DNA from: Leucoraja ocellata
Lineage: Eukaryota
Assembly (NCBI GenBank): GCA_036785375.1
Contig: JAWMAR010000024.1
Span: 930,001 to 994,000, forward strand
Direction: 5' to 3'
Length of the DNA stretch: 64,000 nucleotides
The position numbers and the translations under genes were made by a program. Positions 1 to 12,541 of the stretch are shown here, piece after piece (position 1 is the stretch's first letter; every line of letters begins with the position of its first letter). A model generated the notes under the pieces. The model saw only the letters and a list, made by a program, of their open reading frames with translations, did not search any database and was not told where the DNA came from.

Positions 1-499
1 TAAATCTATATTAAGGCTTGTTGCAAAATTCATTCCGAACATCGTGTGGTAATGATGGCTTCAGATGACACAAAGAGGGAAAGTAGAGCGTTTTACAATC
101 TTTTTTTCACAATCCACTGGATGACTTAAAAAAAAATCTTGAATTATGTTTTTTTTCCAACACTATATATATTATGCTTTCTCCCTTTCATGTGGCTATT
201 TCGGTCCCCCGTTTGCAGAGGTAGCGAGCACTATGCCACCTGTGACAAAGATTACGATCAGCTTTATATTACTGCATAAGGTTTGGACGTTGAGAACTTT
301 ACGGTATATTGGATCACGTGAGCGGAGCTACAAGGTTGCGGGATTATTTTTAGAAGCAGATTGCAAGAAATTCACCATTTTAGAATGATATTAGTTCTGC
401 CCACCGCCCCAAGCGACCCCCCACCACCTCAAAATAAACAAAACATGGACATTAACGCTAACTTCGGGGAGAAACCCCTTTTTTTTAGTGGGGTAGCAC

Positions 500-2000
500 A
501 CTAATTCCACTGCACTTTGCTTTGCAAATTGTCTGCCGCGTTTTCGGATTATTGCTTCGGACTATATTGATCAATCAGGTCGCACTGATGAGACAGAGCC
601 GGGCTCTGCACTCCCGCCGTGGAGCGGTTATTTCACGTTATTTCACATCCCTTTCTCTCTCTGTTCGCGGGAAACCGCGGGGTGACTACAGGTCAGCGGC
701 TCCTGGGACGGCGCAGGCTACTCCATTCACGCCGCTCGAGTCACTGTGGTTTCTTCTTCGACTGGGGCTATTGATAAAAAAATTCCGGCGCTGAGTCGGA
801 GGGAGGGAGGGCGGGCGCGGGGTAGATGGAACTCCATTTCTCCAATGTATGTCTGCGCAAATCATTAATGGGCGGCTGCACGGGGTTTCTGTGAATGAGT
901 CGGATCTGCTGCCAGATACACACGTGAGGCACGTGTCCAGCATTTTTTTTTTAAATCCTTATAATTGCCATTGATATTTTTAAAATATTTATAGAATATT
1001 CCCCTGAAAAATAGCAGTTGCAATACAACCCTGAATTATTGACCCCCTTTCTCTATTTCCACTATACCCCCTCCCCCTCCCCCTCCCTCCTCACGTCACG
1101 TTTATGGTCTTTTTTCAGATGTTCATTCATATTCTTCGTGCAGCACTGTATCCTAAAGGGCGAGGAATGCCAGTGATGTAGAAAGCTGCTGCATGCAATC
1201 GCTGTGCACGGGGACTATTTTTAGACAGGGAGAGAAAACATGTTTTTTGGGGGGGATTGGAGGGGAGGAGGGGGGGGGGGGCTTAAATAAATCATTGCAT
1301 GTGTTCTCGTGTGTGTGTTCAACTGCTTTTTAACATGGGTAGGGAGGGCGAGAGATTCCAGTGGTTGCTACCCGGTGCCAGCTGAAGGTCCGTGCAGTCT
1401 TTCTTTTCTGTTGAATTAATTTGATTCTATTTTTGAAACTCACAGTGTTTCTAAGGGAGACCTGGTGACGCAATGACGTCAATGCAGGTCAACAAGACAC
1501 TGGAGGATCGGAGCAGCACCGCCAGGGTCTGGCTACTGTCAAATACTAAAACTCCCCACACATCCAACCCATCACACCCGGCTGCTACCCGAACATGTTT
1601 GTCGCCCACAAAATAGAAAGTATAAGCTAGCCGCGGACGGGAAAGGAAAAAAAATGCAGCCTAGACAGACACACGGAGAGAGGTGAAATGCCGCTTTGCA
1701 GTTGAGCGAATATTTGAACAGCGAGATAGTAATGTCCGTGCTATTTGCTGGTTGTTTTGCTGTTTTCGTCTCGGTCGAATCTGGCACCGGACACAAAACG
1801 GGTCTGTCTACTAAGCATGCAGACTATCCCGTGAATTGCAGGCATTTGCTGCTGTGCACTTAAACGATTTCATTCTGTGCATTTCAAAGGTTATGGGGAA
1901 CTCGCGTCGCCCGGATAGGAGAAATTCTCCGAAAGGTAGGCGTATAGAATATCGTGCATGAGTGTGTGTGTGTGTGTGCGTTTCGTATTTTTTTCAATAA
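500..2000. promoter_or_regulatory. CpG-rich promoter/enhancer region upstream of the miR-129 host
   Basis: CpG-dense relative to flanks; two CACGTG E-boxes (~921-935); MEF2 CTATTTTTAG 1215-1224; tandem CRE TGACGCAA 1466-1473 plus TGACGTCA 1474-1481. Confidence 0.55.
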
Positions 2001-2395
2001 AAAGCGTGCTCCGGAGGGCGACGTTTAATGGTAATGTGCTTGATGCGTGCATTTCATTGTTTTGGTATTTACAAAACAGCATTATGGGTTTGATAACATT
2101 TAAAACGACATTTGATCGCATCCACAGATACATAGTGTACTCTGTCATGACCATATCGCTGCGTCGCGTACTTGGCGAAATTGTGCAGGTATGTATTAGT
2201 TCACGGTGATCTTTGCAAAATATTCATTTAATAACAGGAGGAGACGAGATCCAAAACCGACGAAACGAGGGGACTTGATGTAACAGCCAAAGTACCAACC
2301 ATCCACTGCTACATTATAAAATGTGTTGTTATTACTCTTCACCTACAGGTACTGTTTGAATCAGTATTTTGTTTTGTTTTTCTGGTCCTTTACAG

Positions 2396-2516
2396 CTTTA
2401 ACAAAAAACGTATGCTGACTGAGCTCAATGTGGGTAGTGAACCACACACTCCTAGTGACTCACTGATGGATGAGATTTCTTGACACCTCCTTGTGTTTTT
2501 AAGGATATTCACGCAG
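2396..2516 (+). ncRNA. Candidate non-coding exon of the miR-129 host transcript
   Basis: Strong pyrimidine tract and acceptor (ttttctggtcctttacag|) and donor (CAG|gtatcc); a second donor-like site CAG|gtactg at 2348/2349. Confidence 0.35.
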
Positions 2517-2802
2517 GTATCCATATACCGACGCCACTGCTCTAAATACAGCCCCAATGTTATCAGAATGTTTACGTATTGGCAACTTTTGATAACCACA
2601 CGTACAAATATGTGTGCAGAAGCATTTACTCACGCAATGCAGTAAATGTCATTGGTTAGGATTGTCAGAAATCAGAACTAAATACTTTTTTTTATTACAG
2701 TCAGAGTCACAAAAAATTGAAATCACATATGTGTTGCAGAACAGGAGGTCGTTTACATCATCCAGTGCATATTCGCTCTTTGAAGGAGAAATCCAGTCAA
2801 TC

Positions 2803-3031
2803 ATAGAAACATAGAAATTAGGTGCAGGAGTAGGCCATTCGGCCCTTCGAGCCTGCACCGCCATTCAATATGATCATGGCTGATCATCCAACTCAGTATC
2901 CCGTACCTGCCTTCTCTCCATACCCCCTGATCCCCTTAGCCACAAGGGCCACATCTAACTCCCTCTTAAATATAGCCAATGAACTGGCCTCGACTACCCT
3001 CTGTGGCAGAGAGTTCCAGAGATTCACCACC
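2803..3031 (-). mobile_element. CR1-type LINE 3' end fragment
   Basis: atagaaacatagaaa tail and body shared with copies at 22503, 36580 and 52728; resembles the reverse complement of the CR1 3' ends at ~40100-40317 and ~63600-63830. Confidence 0.8.
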
Positions 3032-3099
3032 AATCATCGTCCCTTCCCTCTCCCCACAGAACTCCAAGTGATTTCCTTTCAGATATTTATCCTGGTCTC

Positions 3100-3480
3100 T
3101 TATAGAGTCATAAAGTGATACAGTGTGGAAACAGACCCTTCAGCCCAACTTGCTCACACTGGCCAACATATCCCAACTACGCTAGTCCCACTTGCCTGCG
3201 TTTGGTCCATAGCCCTACAAACCTGTCCTATCCATGTACCTGTCTAACTGTTTCTTAAACGTTAGGATAGTTCCAGCCTCAACTATCTCCTCTGGCAGTT
3301 TGTTCCAGACATCCACCACCCTTTACGTTACCCCTCAGATTCCTATTAAATCTTTTCCCCTTCACGTTAAACCAATGTCCTCTGGTCCTCGATTCACCTA
3401 CTCTGGGCAAGAGACTCTGTGCATTTACCCAAACTAATCCTCTCAATATTCCTTTTATACACCTCTATAAGATCACGACT
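3100..3480 (-). mobile_element. CR1-type LINE 3' end fragment (second family)
   Basis: Closely matches the reverse complement of 39960-40317. Confidence 0.85.
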
Positions 3481-4604
3481 GAATTTATTTCTAGGCACTC
3501 CAGCAGTGCACTAGACCCTAACGATACATTGTGTGAAAGGATTTTGCCTCACATCACCTTTTGTTCCTTAGTGAATCAATCTCATTTTATACCCCAATTT
3601 TCTGACGTCCTTACCCTTTGGAACAGTTTCTCCCTGTCTGCCCAGTATATACCCCTTATCTACATCTACCTGATTCTCTTGCAACCACCTCTGTTCCAAT
3701 GACAACAACCACCATTTCTGCAGCAGCACACAGCTAATGTGAACTCCAGTTTAACTTTGCCCATGTAATGGATCTATTGAGAAAAAGAAACAGCTTGTTC
3801 CACCAATTAATATGCATTCAATGGGTGCATCTTGTGCTCCAGTTTTAGAATCAAGATGTTCTGCCCCCTTTCCTCCTGTTCAGAGATACTAGAAAAAAAG
3901 CTGCAGGCTCATTTTTTTATTGGCCTGGTAGAATCACAGGGGTCGTTCCCTCTGCATACCAACATCAGTAGCAAAAGAAGAATGACAGATTTGCATTTGG
4001 GTTCTTGTGCTATCATTCAATTTTATTTTTGATCAAAATCATTGATACTCACAAGGAAAGGAGAGTACCCTTAAAATAGGAGCAGGAGTGGGACATCAGG
4101 CCCCTGAAGTGTGTTCTGCCATTCAGTTTGATCATGGCTTGTCTCTGCCTGCTTCAACTCCTGCACCAATTTTGCATATCCTTCAGCCATAAGAAATGAT
4201 AAGATCAGTAAACTGCCTATATAAACACCATATATAGGCAGTCTATTCTCTCGAAGACCTCTATCCATGGTGTATGAAATTATGTTCTATACTTGTAATA
4301 TGTATCTCTTCTTCCTTTCAGTCCAGAGGTAGATCTACACAAGAAGATCTCAAGGGATATGCATTACTTGTAAGGGTGGATGTGACTAAAGGGTTCTGAG
4401 AACCTGTACTAACTACAACAGAAAGAGACACAAAGGGATTTAGATTTTAAAAGTTGGTTCCTTTATTGAAAGGGCATTCAAACTTAATTGAGACAGTAAC
4501 AGAAGCTTACAAATCACAGTCATCTTTTGACAAATGTTAAGATTGGAACTTATTCTATGATGCACTCAAGCAAAAATGCCAATATCGTGCAAATAACAAC
4601 AGGT

Positions 4605-4823
4605 GTATTTAGCTGGAGTAAGTCAGTGGGTTAGGCAGTTTCTCTAGAGAAAAGTAATAGGTGACATTTCCAGTCGAGACCCTTCAGACAGAGGTCTGAA
4701 GAAGGGTCTTGACCCGGAACATCGCCTATTCCTTTACTCCAGAGATGCTGCCTGACCTGCTGCGTTGCTCCAACTTTTTGTGTCTGTCTTTGGTTTAAAC
4801 CAGTATCTGCACTTCCTCCCTAC
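4605..4823. mobile_element. Penelope-derived inverted-repeat element with degenerate hammerhead core
   Basis: Two arms in inverted orientation; CTGAAGAAGGGTCTTGACCCGGAAC core; direct repeat ACAACAGGT at 4596-4604 and 4824-4832. Confidence 0.8.
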
Positions 4824-6499
4824 ACAACAGGTCCAGTTATTTAACATATTCAACGTTACAATCCTATAACACTGGTGTTATCAACAAAAATGACATCAAG
4901 TTGCAAGAGAAATTCTACCAGACGGATTAGCAAAAGCTTTGCAAGAGAGACACGTTTTAAAAAGCACATTAACGAACAAGAAGGTGGCATGTATTAGATA
5001 AGAAATTCCAGAGCCGAGGGCTAAGGCAGTGAAATACACCACTGATAATATACTTAAAATAGAGATATGGAAGATCTCAGAATTGCCAGAGCAGAATGAT
5101 CTTGAATTCTTTATGGATTGGAGATTGCAGAGTGGTAGAGTTGAAGTTATGGAGGAATTTAAATACAAAGATGAGAATTGTAAAACAGATGCATTATTGG
5201 ACTAGGAACACGTGTAGATTAACAAACAGATGGATGAAGTTGTGAATAGGTGCGTTTCAGATGAAGAGTGGGAAGGAAAAGGCCATCTAGGAGAGTTTGG
5301 GAATTATTAATTCCAGAGACAATAAGACCACGAATGAGCATCTCAGCTGAGGAAAAGGTGAAGCAAGATGAACAATGCTATCTAGAGGAAGTTGGCAGCC
5401 TTAGTGTCAGTGGAAGCTCAACTCATAATCAGCTGGAGAGATAAAATTGTGATTCATTGGCCTTTCATTGAACACAAATCGCTCTGGATAATAATCTGAT
5501 TCTAATAAAAACGATCTGTAGAAAATTGCTTTAAAATACCACATGAATTTTGTAGGAAGGAAAGATAAGGATAAATTAGATGAATAGTACAATTTTAAAG
5601 AGTGTACAGGAGAGTAGGTACTTGAACAACATGTGGTCATCTTTGACAGTGGCCGATGACGCCATGATAACTATCTGATTCATAGAAATAGTTGAAGAAA
5701 TGTTAAAGTACAGTTGGAGGCCAATATGCTTAGGGAAGGGGGGGGGGGGGGGTCTACCCAATATATCACAATTCTAGCCTTAATTTCATAGCCATGCAGA
5801 TCTTGTCGAGTGCATATCCAGACACTGTTTAAAAGAGGACCTCTGCCTCTGCACATCCTACACTTTCAGACTAAGTTCCTTCTGAATGCACTAATATCCC
5901 TAATTTCCACATTCTGAAAGAGTCAAAAGACACCAAGGGAGATTTTAGCAGAAAGGGGAGACTTAATTAATATGGACAGTGGAACAAAATGCTGTTCCCC
6001 TTTGCGAATAATCCCCTCTGAGAGCAAGCTGCCAGGATATTTTATTGTTCAAAGTGACAAGGGGTCCTAACAGAGTAAATAAGAAGAGGGTACCTCCAAC
6101 GCGGAGAGGGGCAGAAATGAGATATTTTAGATATTTGCTGTGTTCTGGCTTGAATGAAAAGATAGAGATGAACGATCTGATTGTAACATTCAGAAGGGGA
6201 ATAGATACATATTTGGGGAAAACTGGCCGAAATAGGCATGGGGCAAGAGCAGAAGATAGGAATAGTTGGTTAGTTCAAACATCTAACACTTGCAGGATGT
6301 GTTATATGGTCTTCGCTGCTTCACGGTTCTGGTGGAGGCACTTTGGAACTGTGTGGAGTGATATTTATTGTATCCTTGGTACAATAAATGAGCTTCCAAA
6401 AAATAATATTGCTATCAACAAATTAAACTAACAGTTCCACATTTAACGATCTATGGTATTCTTGTGATTTGGCGAGTTCATCTCCCAGAAATGCTGGAC

Positions 6500-6520
6500 T
6501 TCAGCACCACGATCAGCTAC
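6500..6520 (+). promoter_or_regulatory. RE1/NRSE-like REST site
   Basis: TTCAGCACCACGATCAGCTAC versus consensus TTCAGCACCACGGACAGCGCC: first 12 nt identical, right half degenerate. Confidence 0.35.
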
Positions 6521-8079
6521 CACGGTTGTATCAAGCATTTTCGAAGTCCCACCCAGTGTAGACTACGAGATCCCATCTTTCGTGTTTCCAATGTGCGCGT
6601 AAACTGTTCAATATATAGACATTTCACTGTTTTTGGAAACTCTCAGAAATGTAATAATTCGCAGTGGATCACGTTGTCATATCATTGACAATAACACTAC
6701 TGAGTGCGCGTACTTCTATTCCCGAGTTATAACAGTTTACTAGTGACAGGATTTGAAACAACTAAGCGCAACATAATAGTTTTGATGACCATCACATAAT
6801 GGACAAAAATAATATACTAGTATTTTAGCCTTCCTCTCCAGTAAAAGTATGTGTTTTGATGTGCTCCGGGCTTCCTTCACCGCTGCGTGCAATAATCCAT
6901 CCTTTACACGAGTATTGTAATCGCCTCCACGACTTCGTACGTGCCTTATCTGTGTACTGCAAAGTTCGTAATTATAAAAACAGAATGGAAGAACCAAAGA
7001 CACCCGTAAAGCTGCGATAGTCTGACTAAATAGAGAAAGCACTTTGGATTTCCCCACACGTTGAAGCAGGAAGACTTGCTGTATATGTGCTGTACACCTG
7101 TGCACAGTGGGCTTTCTAAACCACACACTCGCAACATAATACATCTTAATATACATGCTTCTGCTTATCGTTGGTTTTCAGTGTTTCAGGGGGAAAGAAA
7201 AACATTGTAACTACATGTATTTGCTGGGTACATGCTCGCTGTTCGTACAGTAGTGTTTGGACGACAGCGTCCGTGAGGAACTTTATTTAATGTTGTTAAA
7301 TGTGATTTTGCAACTGCTGTCGATGCAAGCGAATGATTAATTACTCATTAAAGGTCTTTTGTGTCTTTGCATTTTCTTTGAATGTACCACAAAATCATTT
7401 TGAAAATTGAACATCAGAAATACACTGCGTGGATGTGTCTAAACTCATATGTCGGGGCCATTTAGTAAATCTCTGCAGTCGACAGCGTCTCATTTCAGAG
7501 CATGGACCTAACATTGGCTTAAAGAGTCTTAGCGTTCAATCAGGTTATTCTGGACTGTTTATTGATGGTTGTATATCATACAAGTGCTTTGAAGGTGGAC
7601 GCGATCATGTATCTAACATTATAGAGGTGGTAAATACTTCTGTTGGGCTGCCTGTTGTCATATTAGAGGGGAATGTGTTCAGTGTTTAGAAAACACTTCA
7701 TTGTGTTGTATCTTTATGGCTTGCATTTGCTTCTTCTGTGAACATAGAGGTAAAGGGCTTGAAAAATAACACGTTACGTGATGAAGATTGTCTTTTACCT
7801 TTATAAAAATACAAAATACAAATATAAGAATGAACCTGAACCCATAAACTACAAAATATAGAAGGTGGCTGACGTGAACAAGAATACTAGTTTTTCACAT
7901 TAATGTCGCCTGTCTGACTGTGAAGAACAGTACTCTTTCCTTGATTTAAAAAAAGAAATGTTGGCAACTACATAGAGAGGGCATTATAGGAGGGCATTGA
8001 ACATTTTTATTTCAAATGCAATTTTAATTCAGGGTTTTCTCCCTGCAAAGCTCTGTGAGCTGATTCCGTGGGAGACTAA

Positions 8080-9200
8080 GCGAAGTGCGTGGGCGCAGAG
8101 AATAGAGAGGCAGAGGCAGAGCTTCAGTTATTTGCGTCACTGCAGGAGACGGTGCTGTTTGCCTGACAAATAGAGAGAATTAATCCCTACTTTATCAATA
8201 TCTGTCTCCACTCCGATGCCCAAATACAAGAGGAAAGGTGCAGCTGGTGATGGGGTGTTTATATGGGCAGGTATCTATCTGTTCCCAGAAAATAATTGCA
8301 AGTTAAACCATTACCACTGGCGACACACAATCAATCAAAGCGCACCCCTCTTTCCACCCAGGCGAAGTTACTCTGACCATTTTTGTCTTAACTGTGAGCT
8401 TAATGCAAATGTTTTAGCGCTGGGAATCTGTATTCTCCAAAAGAATAGTCTTTTTTCTGATCATCTCCAGCCCCTGAAGAGACTATAAACGTGACGTCAA
8501 TGGGAGAAGACTGACGCGGCCAAAAGAGAGGAAAAACTCAACCATCTGAGCACAAGCCACATAGAGCAGCTTTAATCGCTCTCGTTCTTGACATTTCTAG
8601 CTTCAAATGGACGCTATAAAGGGCAATTATCTCCCTTTTATCCCGACACCTCTATAGCAATAAATAAAGGTATTAAAAAAAAGCACGCACAATATTGGCT
8701 GGCGTGTTATAATGCTCTGGTGTGTGTGTGTGTGTTTTAATGTTGTTTTTCCACAAGTACTTCCAAGGAACATGCATTGCAGTGCGCTTGCAGTGTTGCA
8801 CGTAAGGAACTTGCTGCAAGCGGGTTGATAAATATATATAAATATAAAACTACTTGCAGGGAGGACCTCATATGTACGCAGATACACAGCTCGGGTGAGA
8901 TGTGCAATAATAACGGGAGTGTTAAAAAAAAAAGGCGTTGGGTTTAAAATCTCTGCAATGATGTAACTAAAGCGGTCAGATGCAAGTGGTGCAGAGATGG
9001 TAGGGGAAAAAAAATCTCAATGTTCACTTAATGGTTTGTACGTCACGTTCCAGCAAAATGCCTCTGTGAGTAGTTTTTTTTGAGACCACATGCTAAAAAT
9101 AGCAGCGGGGTTTGATCGCACTCCAGAAATAGACGGAGGGATTCACTTGTATAAAAAGAGAGCGCGGGTGGAGGAGTGCCTGAATGCGGCTGCTATAAAT
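8080..9200 (+). promoter_or_regulatory. Activity-regulated-type promoter cluster
   Basis: EGR GCGTGGGCG 8087-8095; half-CRE TTGCGTCA 8132-8139; full CRE TGACGTCA 8492-8499; MEF2 CTAAAAATAG 9093-9102; TATAAAAA 9150-9157; donor GACG|gtaagt at 9270/9271. Confidence 0.55.
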
Positions 9201-10444
9201 GCAACTCAATCAAGAAATTAATTATTGGAACCCTTTTTTCCCCCTCTCAGCAGATCAACCTTAAGCGACGGTAAGTAATAGTTGCATGCACCGTTATTTC
9301 AAGCTTTATTCTGCATTAGGAAAAAAATAATGTTTTCTTTACCTGAGGAGAAACGTTGTTCACAAGCGTATTCAGAAGTAGACTGCATGCATACCTTTTA
9401 GCGTCTGCACATCCTACATGGTAGGTAGATAGAGAATCTCCCGAACGTTATATTTGTGAATCAATCGCGGTCGGGTCGCGTTCTCCGTCGGCGCTGTTCA
9501 GTCTCGTGTATTTTCTGCAGCTGAACGGAGCGGACCAGACCTGTTCAAAAGACAAGCCACAATGAGTGTAATAGTTTGTTATCACTCCTGGTTGCAAGCA
9601 GTTTCCGAGAAAGCTGAATGTGGAGAGCAACGAGAGCAGCAAATAGGTCTCCTGTACAATACATAGTGTATGGACGGTTTGAAGTGGCAGAATTATAAAC
9701 TCGCATGTTTTAAGATTTCAAATACCAATACCGCTATTAACTATCTATTATAGTATTACTCCGACCTGGAATCTCAGATTATACTCGATAGGTGGTCGTG
9801 TTGGCAGAGTGTGTAGCAGTATATGGGGAGGGGCGTTATTCTAGAGCGTTTACATTCTAACTGTTGTAAAAACTTTTTCCTAAGATGCACCAAGCATCGT
9901 TTTCCTGGAGTTTTTGCAAAATCTTTGTATTTTAACACCGGTCCTTTGCGCGTTTCCCATCCAATTCCATTTTCAATGTGGATTTTGTACATGTGTACAT
10001 TTGTCTTTTCTTCCCGCCTATACCTTTGAACCCACTACCGTGTGGTGGTTTACAGGAGAGGAGTCTATAGGGTGCTTTATTTAGCTCCCATCTCTCGCGT
10101 CATCCTTTATTTTTGTCCCACTATGGCTCGTTCCACCGTGCATCACACTTCTCCTCTCACTTTGTTGTTCTTAGTCATATGCCGATAAACTAAGTGGGTG
10201 GAATCACTATTTTGACGACGTTGTTCTTGAGAAGCTGTATGGACTGAACTACATATCCAAGCGCTGCCACGGCCGACACTAATCTGACCCAGTGCACTCG
10301 ACGATGCTGCTGGCAACAAGGTTGGGATGCATTACTACCATATATTAAACCACATATAGGGTAGGGATTGGAAATATCGACAAACACAAATTGACATCGG
10401 TCTTCCAATCAGCCAGATTGTGGTCACTGCTAACTAGTCGAAAA

Positions 10445-10631
10445 NNNNNNNNNNNNNNNNNNNNNNNNNNNNNNNNNNNNNNNNNNNNNNNNNNNNNNNN
10501 NNNNNNNNNNNNNNNNNNNNNNNNNNNNNNNNNNNNNNNNNNNNNNNNNNNNNNNNNNNNNNNNNNNNNNNNNNNNNNNNNNNNNNNNNNNNNNNNNNNN
10601 NNNNNNNNNNNNNNNNNNNNNNNNNNNNNNN
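10445..10631. other. Assembly gap
   Basis: Run of N. Confidence 1.
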
Positions 10632-10724
10632 CCTCTATCTATCCCTCTATCTATCCCTCTATCTATTCCTCTATCTGTCCATCTATCCCTCTATCTGTCT
10701 ATCCGTCTATCCCTCTATCCATCC

Positions 10725-10756
<32 letters not shown>

Positions 10757-10830
10757 CGCTCTCCCCCCCCCCCCCTCCCCTCACTCTATCTTTATCTCTC
10801 TCCCTCCCCCCCCCCCCCCCCCCCCCGCCC
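10632..10830. repeat. (CTAT)n/(CTATCCCT)n microsatellite with poly-C tracts
   Basis: Directly visible tandem repeats next to the gap. Confidence 0.95.
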
Positions 10831-12425
10831 CCTCTCTTTCTCTCCCTACCACCACGACAATATGAAGATATTTGGAGCACGTAGAGTTCAAACATAAGCA
10901 TAAATTGATTTGGTTCGAAATGCAAAATAAGTATTTTGACTGCATGAATCTTGAGCCAGATGGGCGAAGATCTGCTTGTCCACGTAAGCATCAAGTAAAC
11001 ACATTGAAGCCATTGATATATGCGAGGATGTGTATCTTACTCAGCAGTAAAACTCAAATCAAAATTAATAATGTTACGGGTATATTTATGGAATGTTCGC
11101 GACAGATTCAATGCTAGGCAGCAGACACATATAATGGAATCTACTGCAGATAGGAGGATAGTGAGACAAATACGCATCATCGAAGCAAATGTGCTAGTCG
11201 TCATCCAGAAACATACAAGGTAAAAAGGACGTGCATGTAATCTACATTTGCAGACAGCAGTATCATTCCGTAAATAAACACACGCTGACTAATTTGCACC
11301 AACACCCACCTTATGTTACAGACCCGCGGCGTTTACATGGTCATAGTGAGCAACGTATAACAAGCCAGCCAGCGCCAACGTTCAACAATCCGTGGCTGTA
11401 TATGCTCTGTTACCGAGGGTGCTGTATATACGTGTTTTACTAGTTTGCCAGATAGAAATAAATAATCAAGCGCATCGTCTCCTTCTCAGTGTCACGGTCT
11501 GGAGGTGCCTTTCCAGCGCTTCGTTGCTTCTTTCTTGGTGTAATTCAGAACCTCGGCTCATTGTTATTAGTATATTAAATAATTCAGAGTGGCGATGTGA
11601 ATTCTCCACTCCGATGAAGGAACAGCATGGTTTCAAAGTCGTGACTGTTAAGTGAGTAATCTGCGTGGATGCGTCATGGCTGCAGTCACAGTTCACTCGG
11701 AACTGAGGAAAATCGTGACTTTCTTGATACGTTCCCTAAATGAAAGACTCCCAATCAGAACTTTGCCAAACAAGACCGCTGCGCGTCGGGGCGATCCGTT
11801 CGGGTTCCTTTTATTATCTTCAACAATTGGAGGAGGCTGGTCCCAGAATACATAATTACTGAGATCGTGACCCTCCCACACAGTATAATAACTTATATAC
11901 TTTCTGTGGGGGGGAAAACATTTTTAGTTTACAATTTCTGCCGACGCTCTAACGTGCTAAACCCAAGGCTGAGCGAGGAGCATTAAGGTAAGCTGGATCA
12001 AGACTATTCCAAATCATTGTTCTTAGTCATTTTTCTTTGGTGCTTGCATTATGTGTGGACTCATCATAGTCAGTCGTCACCTGAGTGGTGACCTCAAGAG
12101 TCCTCCTTATTTTTTAAATTAAGTATGATAATATAAGCTTTGGGGCACATCAAAGTCAACTACGATATTCCTCTGCAACCTTTGACAGAAAGACGTCTTC
12201 CTGGTGCAGGTGATGTTTAAAAACAGTGGGGTTTTTTTCTTTGTTTGGAGAGAAGTACAGCCTTTTGAAACTGCGCCGTCTTTACGTGTAGCTCAGCCTG
12301 GAACGTCGTATGATCAGACAAAGACCACCGCGTCGCAGAATAGAGTTATTACTTATCATTAAAACTTCACCCGCTCTTCTGGCTTTCCCCGGAGCCCACG
12401 TTGCACGTCCTGCAAACCCCCTTAC

Positions 12426-12541
12426 GTCTGAAGAAGGGCCTCGACCCGAAACGTCACCCATTCCTTGAGATGCTGCCTGTCCCGCTGAGTTACTCCAGCG
12501 TTTTGTGTCTGACTTCGGTGTACACCAGCATCTGCATTCCC
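12426..12541 (+). mobile_element. Penelope-derived terminal fragment (single arm) with hammerhead-like core
   Basis: CTGAAGAAGGGCCTCGACCCGAAACGTC followed by the family 3' arm also seen at 15440-15555. Confidence 0.8.

Noticed and set aside
1118-1145. ttcattcatattcttc resembling miR-670-3p, which lies upstream of MIR129-2 in human
   Set aside because: Only partial similarity, and no matching 5p arm or convincing hairpin
9335-9400. Minus-strand MQSTSEYACEQRFSS followed by a donor-like G|gtaaag
   Set aside because: No downstream exon or known protein match; could be chance
10391-10994. Long ORFs spanning the gap
   Set aside because: Artefacts of Ns, microsatellite and poly-C
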